A stretch of DNA of 64,000 nucleotides from Strigamia acuminata. Taxonomy: Eukaryota. Positions within the stretch are counted from its first letter, which is position 1. Every line of letters starts with the position of its first letter. Shown here in pieces: positions 31,031-41,600 of this stretch. A program made the translations under genes and the position numbers. The stretch is taken from positions 26,474,001 to 26,538,000 of the forward strand of contig OX442314.1 in NCBI GenBank assembly GCA_949358305.1. The letters run 5' to 3'. The notes beneath the pieces are model-generated. The model was not told the origin of the DNA, made no database searches, and saw nothing but the letters and a program-made list of their open reading frames with translations.

Positions 31031-34000
31031 ATGGCAGACAATATCCGAGTAACGGATTCCGACTCCGACGCGAACAAGAGAGCCGGCAGTCGTAAAGGCG
31101 CCGACTATCACTTGCGATCTGGAGGTCCCTTACCCAAAGCCTCAGCGCACGAAGCGAGGCAAAAACGGCGCAAGCCTAAACCCGATCGCAGAAGCGCATC
31201 AGAGGCATCGCACCCGTCTCGTTCCGAGACGAGGCAGCGATTGGACGAGACAGAGCGGGGTGAAGAGCAATCTCACTCCAAACTGCCGCGTTCTAACCGT
31301 GACGGCGAGACGAGCGGAAACGAGGTTTTATCCCGTAACCCATCGCCTCGTCTAACGCACGACACCGAGGTGGGCAGTCCGAAAGCGGCGTCTCCGATAC
31401 AAAAGACGGCCTCAAACACGACAGCTAATTCGGCACTAAACACGCCAATTACGCAAAGCCGCCCAGCTTCGGTCAGGTCCGAAGGACACAAGTCCAATGC
31501 GTCAAAAACTGAGCGTGTTCCGAGCCAGCCTTACAGCGTCTCGGCCACATTGGTTGACACGATGCAGTTGGCACAGGCAGAAGGTGTACGATACACTCTG
31601 CCAACGGGAAAAATAACTGTGTACGAAACATTACAAATCGTACGTGCAGCTTTAAGAGCGCACAGGTTATCCCCAGAAATCACCGTTGTTGAAGACGCAT
31701 ACGCTCAACAAATGGTAGACTCCGCTCAATTCGAAGCGGATGCCGAGAATGAGGCCCGACAAGCCATCCGCGAGAGAAAGCGGAAGCTGGCGGAAAGAGA
31801 AGCGCGAGCTCTCGAGTACGGCAAATCCCAGCGCGTTCCGACTACTCCAGAAGAAGTCGAAATAGTTGATCGAGCCTTACATGCACATCGTTATGCATTC
31901 CGTTCTCAACAAGAAGCTGAACAAGCTTTCATGACTAGGCTGCAACGAGACAAACCAAAATCCGTTCGCAAGCCAGAAGTTAGCTCGTCCGAATTGTCCG
32001 ACGAGAGCGTAGAAGGCGACCCGAAGCGCACGCCGAAGGTCAGCCCCAAACCCGAGCGAAAAAAGGAAGTGCCAGTCACTCCACGCAAACGGGAAGTCTC
32101 GACCGAACAACGCGTTCGACCTCGCATGATGGCGTTAGACGATAACACTAACAACGCTATCAACCGATTAATAAATGCGAACAACGCGCGTCGTAACGAA
32201 GAACAGACTCACACGAGCCGACAACGCGACGACCCGCGGGGTAACGACTGGCAACAGCCGGTACCCATCCTCAAAGACGACGGACCTTCGAGAAAACCTT
32301 CCGAAGACCGCACATCGTCACGAGAGGAACGTCAACGCGAAAGAGGACAGCAACAGTATCACTACGGAAACAGTGATTCGTCGTCGGATGAACTGGAGTC
32401 GAATGCACCCAGTCATCACGATTCGGAGAGAGGTTCCGGAGAAAGACGAAGGGAAAGAGAACGCGATGAACGCAGGGAAAGGGAACGTGACGACCGTCGT
32501 AGGGGCCGGAAAGAGTCAAACTCTTCACGGCGCAACCCGCCACGCCGCTCACCGTCTCCTGACCCCAGCTCCGACCCCTCGTCCAACGACGACAGACGAA
32601 ATGATAAGTCAAGTAATCGCCGGAAGAGATCCAACTCTCCGCGCGATAGAGAGAAACGACGTCGATCGGAAAATAGCGACCACCGACGGGAGGAGTTTCA
32701 GGACCTTCCCCGACAAAGCGCGTTTACCGATTCGACGGGTCGGCAGTATACGATGGGAGAGCTTGGAAGAGCCCTGCTTGGCTCGTTAAAAGCCGAAGGA
32801 ATCGATCTGAGCAAACGAAATGATCGTAATCGTAACACTGGTGACCGCGTAAAGAAAAAATACGCTGTCTCCCGACGTGACACCATGAGTGTTACCGGGA
32901 ATATTAGGTGGCAATTTTATATTCAGAACCGTTTCGACGGGTCATGGAAAGCGGGAGATCGCTTCCTTGACGAAGTAATTCGGATTAAGACTGCCACTAA
33001 AGCCACCGTAGGAGACATGCTCACCCACGGTATTGTCGAGCTAATGACAGGCTCGGCACGTGAGTGGTACCAAGGATTGAAAGGCGTCAATTGGGACGAC
33101 TTTTTAATGAGATTCGACCTGCGCTACGGCGAGACACCCGAAGAGGTGAGCCGAAAGATGCGAGGTCTTCGCCAGATGCCTGGTGAAACCATAATGGATT
33201 ACGACATTCGCGCCAGATTGTTGTTCGAAAAGGCCCCGATGGAATTTCATGCCACGGGATTCAACCTTTTCTTTCTCGGCGGTTTGTCGGAATACTCGCA
33301 ACGGGTGCTACTTGAAGAAAGGGCACCGACAGGAGGCAGCTACGAAGAAATGAGCGCCTTCCTGTTCGAGAACACGATAGATATCGAGAAGAGATATTAT
33401 TCCGCTTTACCAGAAGCGGAGAAAGCAGCAACCGCTAAACGTCTCAAGTTGAGTGCGGAAAGATATGGGGCGACAGACAAAATCATGCGCCCTACTGAAT
33501 ATCTTAGCGGTATAATGGAGCTGGCAGAAGCTAGCGTTGGTTTACAAATAAAAAATAAACTGACATCCACGCTGCCTTCCAACCCATTGGCCGCCCCTAA
33601 AAAGGCACCGACAGCGTCAGCCATGCAAGCGACACTGGAGGAGGTCAAGGAGGGGGAGGAAGCCGAACAAAATGTCGGAAAATCAGACGAAAAAGAAGAA
33701 AAAGACGATTATTCGACGGACGAAGAAATACGAAGCTATCGCGATACCTTATCAACGGGTTGCGATGAGGAAGGACCGCTAGTACATCTCATCCATCGAG
33801 ATAGAGCGGTAGAAGAATTTCGCGCCAGGTTAAAACCAAATGCCGGCCGAATTCCGAAGTATTTTCGAAAAAATTACACGCCACCGTCGAAAGTAGACCC
33901 TGAAAAAAAGAAATCGATTGAAGCCCCAAGAGACAAATCAAATATTCGTTGTTTTAAGTGTAACCAACCGGGTCACTATTCCAATGAGTGCCCAAGAACA

Positions 34001-34111
34001 GCGAAAGAAGACGCTAAGTTTGACGCGATAATGAAGCAGATGGCAGAGATTAAACTCGCCATGGCAAAAAACGAGTCAAAAAACGAGTCAGCGCAGGCGG
34101 CGAAGAAATAA
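31031..34111 (+). CDS. gag: Gag, ~1026 aa (long disordered N-terminus, capsid domain, CCHC knuckle)
   Basis: ATG at 31031; capsid-like LMTGSAREWYQGLKGVNWDDFLMRFDLRYG..LRQMPGETIMDY; CFKCNQPGHYSNEC. Confidence 0.92.
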   Translation: MADNIRVTDSDSDANKRAGSRKGADYHLRSGGPLPKASAHEARQKRRKPKPDRRSASEASHPSRSETRQRLDETERGEEQSHSKLPRSNRDGETSGNEVLSRNPSPRLTHDTEVGSPKAASPIQKTASNTTANSALNTPITQSRPASVRSEGHKSNASKTERVPSQPYSVSATLVDTMQLAQAEGVRYTLPTGKITVYETLQIVRAALRAHRLSPEITVVEDAYAQQMVDSAQFEADAENEARQAIRERKRKLAEREARALEYGKSQRVPTTPEEVEIVDRALHAHRYAFRSQQEAEQAFMTRLQRDKPKSVRKPEVSSSELSDESVEGDPKRTPKVSPKPERKKEVPVTPRKREVSTEQRVRPRMMALDDNTNNAINRLINANNARRNEEQTHTSRQRDDPRGNDWQQPVPILKDDGPSRKPSEDRTSSREERQRERGQQQYHYGNSDSSSDELESNAPSHHDSERGSGERRRERERDERRERERDDRRRGRKESNSSRRNPPRRSPSPDPSSDPSSNDDRRNDKSSNRRKRSNSPRDREKRRRSENSDHRREEFQDLPRQSAFTDSTGRQYTMGELGRALLGSLKAEGIDLSKRNDRNRNTGDRVKKKYAVSRRDTMSVTGNIRWQFYIQNRFDGSWKAGDRFLDEVIRIKTATKATVGDMLTHGIVELMTGSAREWYQGLKGVNWDDFLMRFDLRYGETPEEVSRKMRGLRQMPGETIMDYDIRARLLFEKAPMEFHATGFNLFFLGGLSEYSQRVLLEERAPTGGSYEEMSAFLFENTIDIEKRYYSALPEAEKAATAKRLKLSAERYGATDKIMRPTEYLSGIMELAEASVGLQIKNKLTSTLPSNPLAAPKKAPTASAMQATLEEVKEGEEAEQNVGKSDEKEEKDDYSTDEEIRSYRDTLSTGCDEEGPLVHLIHRDRAVEEFRARLKPNAGRIPKYFRKNYTPPSKVDPEKKKSIEAPRDKSNIRCFKCNQPGHYSNECPRTAKEDAKFDAIMKQMAEIKLAMAKNESKNESAQAAKK

Positions 34112-37100
34112 CTTCTCGACCGTCTGCGCCATTCATGAAGAAGAAGGGGTTTAACAAAGGGTTCGATAAACCGCCACCAGTCAAAGAAATGGGTAGTGAC
34201 ATAGCTAACGCCCAGATCCAAGACAGGGCCAACAACGCTTTGCAGGTAATTACCGCAAACGCTGAGGCTGAGGCGGAAGAACCAAACCTACTGCTTGAAG
34301 AATTACCTCAAGTAGTCGAAGACACAGAAGAATTTCGTGTTTTCATGTGCAACGTGGCGGTCGAATATACCAGCCGCCTATGTATGCTGCCCATGACAAT
34401 AGAACGCGAAAAAATTATGGGACTGCTAGACTCGGGAGCAGATCGCTCGTTCGTTTCCGAAGACATAGTAGCATCATTGGGTCTCACCGATAAGATAAAA
34501 GGCGTTAATAAAAATGTACGTCTAAAAACCGCCAACGGAATGGCGCGTCCAAAAGGAGTTATAATATTGACCATGGAGTGGCTCGGAGGGGTAGAACAGC
34601 ACCCTTTCCTGGTCCTGCCCACGTGCGACAGAATTTTTCTGTTGGGCTTAGACCTCATGGCGTCAATGGAAATACAACCAAATCCAATAACGAAATCTTG
34701 GAATTATATCAGAAATGATAGAGAAAGACCCGCAATTGTCGTGCCACCAGCTCTTATCAAAGAAGCGGCCGACAAGACACAGTGGGAGAAAGGCCTAAAG
34801 AAATTCGTTCAAGACTACAATTTTAAAGCATTCGTAGCAGAATTGCAACGGGACAATGTAGTGGAAACGCTTGTCGCCGACGCCGCTTTAGAATTAAACG
34901 AAGCGGCAGCCCTACGAAGGGTCCTACTTAAATATGAGGGGATCCTGTCGAAAAAACCGGGCCGAACGAATAGGGCTATTCACGAGATTAAATTGACGGA
35001 TAATAAACCTATACGAGTTGCGTATAAGGGAATGAACCCGCAAAAACGTGAAATAGTACAAAAAATGTGCCAAGAAATGCTAGACAGTGGCATTGTCTCC
35101 GAGGCCCAGGGAGAATACGCGACGCGAGTTGTGCTCGTGATGCGCCCGGGCTCGGACCCACGCCTATGCATTGATTACCGCCCATTAAACGCGGTGACAG
35201 AGATAGATCCCATACAGATGCCGTCTATCGAATCCATTTTGAGAGAGCTTAGCCCCTTTTCTTGGGTTACGACGATGGATCTGTCGAAGGGATACTGGCA
35301 AGTTGAGATGAGGCCAGAGGATAAGCTAAAAACAGCATTTTACTCGCCAATTGGACGGTTGATGTTCAACGTCATGCCGTTTGGTTTAGTGAATGCTCCC
35401 AGTACCTTTCAGAGACTAATCGAAAGCGTATTGGGTGATATCCTGCATCAGTTCGTGTGGGCATACCTAGATGACATAGTTATTGCCTCTAAAACATTCG
35501 AAGAGCACATTGAGCACATCGACCAAGTGCTCACCCGGCTGGCGAAAGCTGGGTTACACGTTCATCCGGGCAAGAGCAAGTTCTGCCGAAAGGAGCTTGC
35601 CTTCCTGGGTTATCGCATTGGAGTCAACGGTTTAGCTATTGGCCCCGAAAAAATCGATGCGATTAATCGTTTCCCACCACCCGAGGACGTTAAAGGTGTC
35701 CAACGGTTTATGGGAATGATAAACTTCTTCGGCAGGTTGCTACCGGGTCTAGCTGAAGTGGCAGCCCCAGTTACCGACCTCCTGAAGAATGAAAACGAAT
35801 TTGTATGGTCAAATGAGTGCAACATCGCATTTAATGCGATAAAGAGGATGCTGACGGAAGTCGGCGTAATGCCTCTACCCGACTTAAACCGGCCGTTCAT
35901 ATTACATACGGACGCCAGCAGAGTTGGGTTAGGAGCGGCGTTGCTCCAAACACACGTGCGCGACGGAGTCGAACAAGACCTGCCGTGCATGTTTATAAGT
36001 CGCAAACTCCAAGGCGCTGAAAAAAATTACAACGCCACAGAGTTGGAGTGTTTGGCAGTTGTGTGGGCTATAAGGAAATTCAGAGATTATCTCGAATATA
36101 CCAAATTTGTAGTCCACACAGATCATCAAGCGTTACAATGGCTGATGAAATTAAAGGAGCCAGCCGGTCGACTAGCCAGATGGCAGTTAGAACTGATGGC
36201 ATGCGACTTGACCATTCAATACAAGCCCGGCAAATATAACGTCGTGGCTGACGCTCTATCAAGGGCACCAGTGTCAGATCCTATCGACGCTGACGATGAT
36301 GGCGAGGATGATTCCCGCATCATTTACTGCCCGACGAGTTGTCACCGTTGGGATTTAAGGAAAATAAATGAAATTCCCACCGCGTCTCCAGCAGATGTAA
36401 AATTCTGTGGATTCTGGACGCGGTTATACCAACCAGCTGCTGACAATTACCCAAATGCAAAGAAGGAACTTAAGCTAGAGCGGAGAATAAATGACCCGCT
36501 TCTAAGCGCCTTCCACACTCATGTCGGCAAGCAAATGCGAAGCAATCCCCCGACAAGGGAGGAAATAATTGTGCAACAAAAATTAGACAAGAAATGTCAG
36601 GATAGAGCTAGATTCGTACTGACAGGAAAATATCCGCCCAACTTAACCAGAAGGCAGAAGCGTCGTTATGCACACGAATCCATAGATTACCTATTGGATG
36701 ACGGCCTTTTGGTGAAACATCACCCAAATCACCAAGATGACTTGAGTGAATCGGACACCGCAGTAAAGGTAGTAATACCTGCTTCCTTAATCGGTCGCGT
36801 GCTGTGGTTGTTACACGGGCACCCGCTTGCGAGCCATGCGGGAGTAAGCAGAACACTCTATCGTGCTACACAGCTTTTTCACTGGACAGGGATGAAAAAA
36901 GATATTGCTCTTTTTGTCCACCAATGTCAGCGATGTCAAGCGTGCAAGCCGAGGAGTAAATCACCATTCGAAACTATTTTCTTAGGGCCTTACGCGCCTT
37001 TTGATTGTTTAAGTGTCGATGTGATGGGCCCAAAACCCGTTACGGGAAATAAAAATGCGTACATTATCGTTATAATGGACGTGGCGACTCGTTGGCCCGA

Positions 37101-38205
37101 GTTGTACGCCGTCGCTAGACCTTCAGCAGAAAAAATCGTTGAATGTATCTACGACGTAGCGTTACGTTACGGATTTCCACGTAAAATGATATCCGACAAC
37201 GGACCCCAATTTATCTCGAAAATTTGGGGTAAGTTTTGTGAGAAATTCGGGATTGTGGCGTCACATACTTCGACCTACAATCCCAGAACAAATCCCGTTG
37301 AGCGACTCAACAGGGACATTAAATATGCACTAAGTATATTCACTGACATCCACAATAGGTGGGATGAATACTTGAGGGAGATCGCGTTCAGCATACGAAC
37401 AACAGTCTCGAGGACGAGAGATTTTTCTCCGGCCTACCTCAACTTCGCCCGGGAGCTACGAGTGCCTTGGGACCCACGAGTGGCAGAGTCAGTAAATGTG
37501 GTGGACCCCGAGAAACCACATGAGTACGTGTATAAATTGGAGCAAACCATCTCCAACACGTACAAGCACATGATGGCGCACATTTTTAACATGCGCGACC
37601 GCATTTTACAAGATAAAAGCGGTGGAAAATTCGTGAATTTCGAGATTAATGATTTAGTGTGGAAGGACACACACATCCTCTCAAATGCAGCGAGAGGAAT
37701 CACCGCCAGCTTGGCCGACAAAAGAGACGGTCCGTATGTGATCATCGGCAAGCATGGCGGTAACGCGTATAAATTACGTAAGCTCGAGGACAATACCGAG
37801 CACAAATCGATCCAGGTACGAGAGTTAACTCCGTACATTCCGGAATTCCCGCAAGAAATGTGGGCCAAGGGCCAAGTCAAGTCAAAAACTGACGGCCAAA
37901 TCGTCGATATGTTCGCTGGCGAGTCGGAAAAAGCACCGCCAAGTGACAACGAGGAGTATTTCGACGCCCCTTCACCACCGGTAAACGAGATAGTTGAATC
38001 CGTTCCGGATCCAATTTTGGTCGGGGGGGAAACAGGAGAAACTCCTGAAACAAACACAAAAAACACGGATAAAAAAGAAAACAATAATGAGGAGGTACAG
38101 ACACAAAAAACAACAAAAAATATCGTACCTGTCTCGACTCATCACCTGCGGCCCCGTGGAAGTAATCCGTTTATAAAAGACGGAAAGGTCGTAGGAAAGG
38201 AGTAG
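34054..38205 (+). CDS. pol: Pol (protease-RT-RNase H-integrase), -1 frame relative to gag
   Basis: LLDSGA; MPFGLVNAP, YLDD; LHTDAS, ELECLAVVWAI; HGHPLASH...CQRC; DVMG/SDNGPQF/VERLN; GPY. The open frame begins at 34054 and overlaps gag. Confidence 0.97.
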   Translation, partial: TRHGKKRVKKRVSAGGEEITSRPSAPFMKKKGFNKGFDKPPPVKEMGSDIANAQIQDRANNALQVITANAEAEAEEPNLLLEELPQVVEDTEEFRVFMCNVAVEYTSRLCMLPMTIEREKIMGLLDSGADRSFVSEDIVASLGLTDKIKGVNKNVRLKTANGMARPKGVIILTMEWLGGVEQHPFLVLPTCDRIFLLGLDLMASMEIQPNPITKSWNYIRNDRERPAIVVPPALIKEAADKTQWEKGLKKFVQDYNFKAFVAELQRDNVVETLVADAALELNEAAALRRVLLKYEGILSKKPGRTNRAIHEIKLTDNKPIRVAYKGMNPQKREIVQKMCQEMLDSGIVSEAQGEYATRVVLVMRPGSDPRLCIDYRPLNAVTEIDPIQMPSIESILRELSPFSWVTTMDLSKGYWQVEMRPEDKLKTAFYSPIGRLMFNVMPFGLVNAPSTFQRLIESVLGDILHQFVWAYLDDIVIASKTFEEHIEHIDQVLTRLAKAGLHVHPGKSKFCRKELAFLGYRIGVNGLAIGPEKIDAINRFPPPEDVKGVQRFMGMINFFGRLLPGLAEVAAPVTDLLKNENEFVWSNECNIAFNAIKRMLTEVGVMPLPDLNRPFILHTDASRVGLGAALLQTHVRDGVEQDLPCMFISRKLQGAEKNYNATELECLAVVWAIRKFRDYLEYTKFVVHTDHQALQWLMKLKEPAGRLARWQLELMACDLTIQYKPGKYNVVADALSRAPVSDPIDADDDGEDDSRIIYCPTSCHRWDLRKINEIPTASPADVKFCGFWTRLYQPAADNYPNAKKELKLERRINDPLLSAFHTHVGKQMRSNPPTREEIIVQQKLDKKCQDRARFVLTGKYPPNLTRRQKRRYAHESIDYLLDDGLLVKHHPNHQDDLSESDTAVKVVIPASLIGRVLWLLHGHPLASHAGVSRTLYRATQLFHWTGMKKDIALFVHQCQRCQACKPRSKSPFETIFLGPYAPFDCLSVDVMGPKPVTGNKNAYIIVIMDVATRWPELYAVARPSAEKIVECIYDVALRYGFPRKMISDNGPQFISKIWGKFCEKFGIVASHTSTYNPRTNPVERLNRDIKYALSIFTDIHNRWDEYLREIAFSIRTTVSRTRDFSPAYLNFARELRVPWDPRVAESVNVVDPEKPHEYVYKLEQTISNTYKHMMAHIFNMRDRILQDKSGGKFVNFEINDLVWKDTHILSNAARGITASLADKRDGPYVIIGKHGGNAYKLRKLEDNTEHKSIQVRELTPYIPEFPQEMWAKGQVKSKTDGQIVDMFAGESEKAPPSDNEEYFDAPSPPVNEIVESVPDPILVGGETGETPETNTKNTDKKENNNEEVQTQKTTKNIVPVSTHHLRPRGSNPFIKDGKVVGKE

Positions 38206-38685
38206 AAAACGTTACGAGTCGATGGCGACGCTGAAAAACAAAAAAATTGACCGATCGACAGCGCTAGCCATCAAAATCCGAGACTCTGAAAATTTCGCTA
38301 AGTCCAACAAAGCGGATATCGGTCGAATTCGCGTCACGAGATGGCGTGGAAACGCGGGACCCGTAGCAAAATTATCGGCACGGGTCGGATACCGCGTGCA
38401 AAAGACCCCGTAGCAGCGATCGCGCACGGGCGTAGAAACAAAGGAGCCCCGTAACGTAACATGCGCACGGGCTGTTGCGCACAGTCATAAGCACCTGGTT
38501 CTGGAGTAAAATTACCCAGAACCCACCACGATTGCCTCGTTTTCACCCGGACTTCCGCTAAAATCAGCTGATCGTCGTCCGCACGTGATACACAGCGAGT
38601 GCATTTTTAACCAAGTTTTTGATCCATTTTACGAGAAGTTTTCAAGTTTTTTAATCGTGGTCTGACTGAACGCGCAATCCTCACG

Positions 38686-41600
38686 ATGGATGAGGAAGGA
38701 GGGGACGAGGAAATGCTTGAAATACAGCATCATGACGAGAATTGGGACCCGGACATAAACGTAGTTCCACCCGATCAGGTAGTAGTCGGCATCGCCGCAC
38801 GAGATTTAGCTCCGTGCGGTCGAATTAAAGATACACTTGACTAATACTTGACATGAACGCTCTGCGTTCGAAATAGTGTATAATTATTATACTAATATCC
38901 ACGATCGCGAGAGCGATTGTATTTTCTCCTATTATTTGTCTTCAAGGACGCGATAGCAGACAAACTGTCGCCTCGCTCCTTGAAGATGACTCACGACAAT
39001 TGACACGAACGAGACAAAGGAAACGAGCTTTCTTTTTATATTCCAGAAATGGGAATAATTTATTGGATGGATTTTGAAAGAATTTATAGAACGTTGTTTC
39101 TATTTTTATTTGCTATTTTATTTGCGAATTTTTTCCCGATGACACTAATTTATTATAGATTCGTTTTTTAACTCGACTTTAACTCCGAATTTTTGGAGTT
39201 ATTATTAGACAAATTTATTTCTTTACAAGTTAATTCACGACAAGAACATTTGTTTACATGTTCTAAAATTGTTATTGGAGATTTTCACGAACGATTTCGC
39301 GAATTTATTGGTTTAAATACAAATTTACAGTTTAATTTTAAATTAAGCAATCCGAAGAAAAATTTCCGGATTAATACGCTCGATTCCGTCTCGTGGTTAT
39401 CATTGGACGTGAACCAGATGTGCCAAGAAGACTCTTTTCTTCCTGACAAGGACGAATCAATGAACAGGAATAGGACTCGACGAGCGGTCGCACGTTTCAG
39501 CGACGTTCCTCGAGCCCACCCCCTATTTATCTCCGTGTTATTGGCGATTTCATTAATTATTTTGTTTCCATCATTGCAGATGGAGCTCCGAGACACATGG
39601 GGAGCGCTCAGCCCCGCATGCATAGTGCGAGCGGGCATATATCGAGGCGTACTGCCCGATTTTCTGCGCCGCTGCTTTGGCGAAGATGCGAAGCCATACC
39701 GCCTGCGCGTATTATTTTCGCGCGCCCTCGCCAAGCGTTGGGTTAACGATTGTACACTCCTGGACGCGTTCCCGGAGTCGGTGCGAAACGTCGTCGCTGC
39801 AGAGCTCGCTCGCATCGATGACCCGAAGTCACCAATCTTCCACCCGGCCCTGTCGAGCCAATACTCCGGCAGGCCGGCGGAGGAGCATGTGTTGTTCGCG
39901 TGGCAAGCGGCCGAGACCGAGGAGGCCCGCGAAGAAGTGTATCAACACTACCGCCAGCAGCTAATCGACACTGCGCCGGCGGTTGCAGAGCGGATTTTGC
40001 AAGACGACGGAATGAGCACCGCCGATATACATCTGTGGTGCGAGCAGATTCGGCAGGGAGAAGTTACGCCACAGTGGCGACCGAGAATGGGGATTCTCAC
40101 GTCACAAGCTGAAATGTGGCAACTCCACTATTTGGGAATTCTCGGCCCCAAATATAATTTCCCAAGGAAGCGCAAGCGCTCCAAGGGAACCGGGGGCAGC
40201 GAATCGCGCTCCCCGGGACGGTCGAAGAAACAGTGCGTCGAACAGCACTCGACCGTCAACGATGGAGCGGGAACGTCAGCGCAGCCACCGCGCGACCCCG
40301 CGAATTACACCAGACCAAGGGTGTTCGTCAACCGTCAGATGAAAGACGGTAAAGAGACTCGAGAAGTCTGGATTTCGGGTGACGAAGAGCGAGTCTCTCG
40401 TCCCCGTGTCGGCAGACATCCGCTAACTCATCGTGAGCAGCGGAAACGAGACCGCAAAGAGCGGTATTTCGCTCGCTGCGAGGCGCGAGGAATTCCCCTT
40501 CCCGAACACGCTCTCAAAGCAATCGAAGCGAAGGAAGCGAGAGAGGCACGATCGAAGTCGAGTGGCCGATCTTCCGGGGAGCGTCGCGTCCTAGCGCCAG
40601 ACACGCGGGACCTTCGCGAGATCATCACCCAGATGAAACGCAAGAAATTGTCTCGTTTCGACCCCGCGATGCAGTTCGCTCGCAAGATGGGCGTCGTCGA
40701 GCATGGTACCGTGATTCCACACGAAGTGGCACGGTGGTTAAGCGAATATGTCAATTCGCGACCGCGTGTAGAAAACGCGCCTACGGCCGTCGTTCCACCG
40801 ACGAGTACTGTAAGCCAGCTCCCGGCACTCCAAGTCACGCCGACTGGAGTGCAAGCGACGCTGCCACCGCCAACACAACAGTCTTTGACGTTGCTGTTGC
40901 CGACGCAGTCATCAACGTCGCAACCGTTGCCAGCACAGCAGTCCCTGACGCTGCCGCCGCCGACACAGCCGCTGCCGCCGCCGACGCAGCCCCCGCCGCC
41001 GCCGCCGCCGATGCCGGGTTCGAGCACTACGCCGAACTTGGCCGTCGACGACTCGGTGATGTTGCCCGTTCACCAGAGCATTGCGCGGGAATGCCATAAC
41101 GCCCGATTCGGAGAATATTACCCGAGCAAGGCAAGACACGACCGCACCGCGATGTGGTATGAACAGCGTGACGAAAACGCACGGCTGGCTCGAGAAGCAG
41201 CCAATCCATCGATCGAAGAGCTCTTGGCCTTCGCATTTGTGATGGAGGACCCGAGAGCCGCCGCCGCTGCTCTGCAGGGCGCCGACGTCACTCAGCGCCA
41301 TTTCATCGAGTGGGGGATTTCGATGATGCGGCACCACTCGCGCGCGTTCGCTGCAGATCCTGATCGCAGCAACCCTGTAAATCGGCGCAGTCTACAGCTG
41401 GCTTTGACGAAGATCATGGTCCAGTTATTGACCCCCTCGCTCTTTGGGGTCGGACGACAGGCGATGGCCTGTTGGTCCGTAGTCGACAGAGAGGGTGTGC
41501 AGATACCTCGCGCACTCGTTGGGGAATGGAGCGCCATTCTCCCCAACCCGGCGATGACTCGCTTCGAGCTGACCCGGGACGTGGTGAACCCCGAATGGGA

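Noticed and set aside
30410..31077. ORFs within LTRs (also 42936-43527, 45089-45730, 58209-58694)
   Set aside because: No recognisable motifs; they recur only because the LTRs are duplicated.
39193..39579. N-terminal 129 aa of the 1086-aa ORF, including hydrophobic PLFISVLLAISLIILFPSLQ that could be read as an Env signal/TM segment
   Set aside because: It starts at TTG in AT-rich sequence, the hydrophobic run is the translated polypyrimidine tract of the acceptor, and homology with element 2 begins only at 39580.
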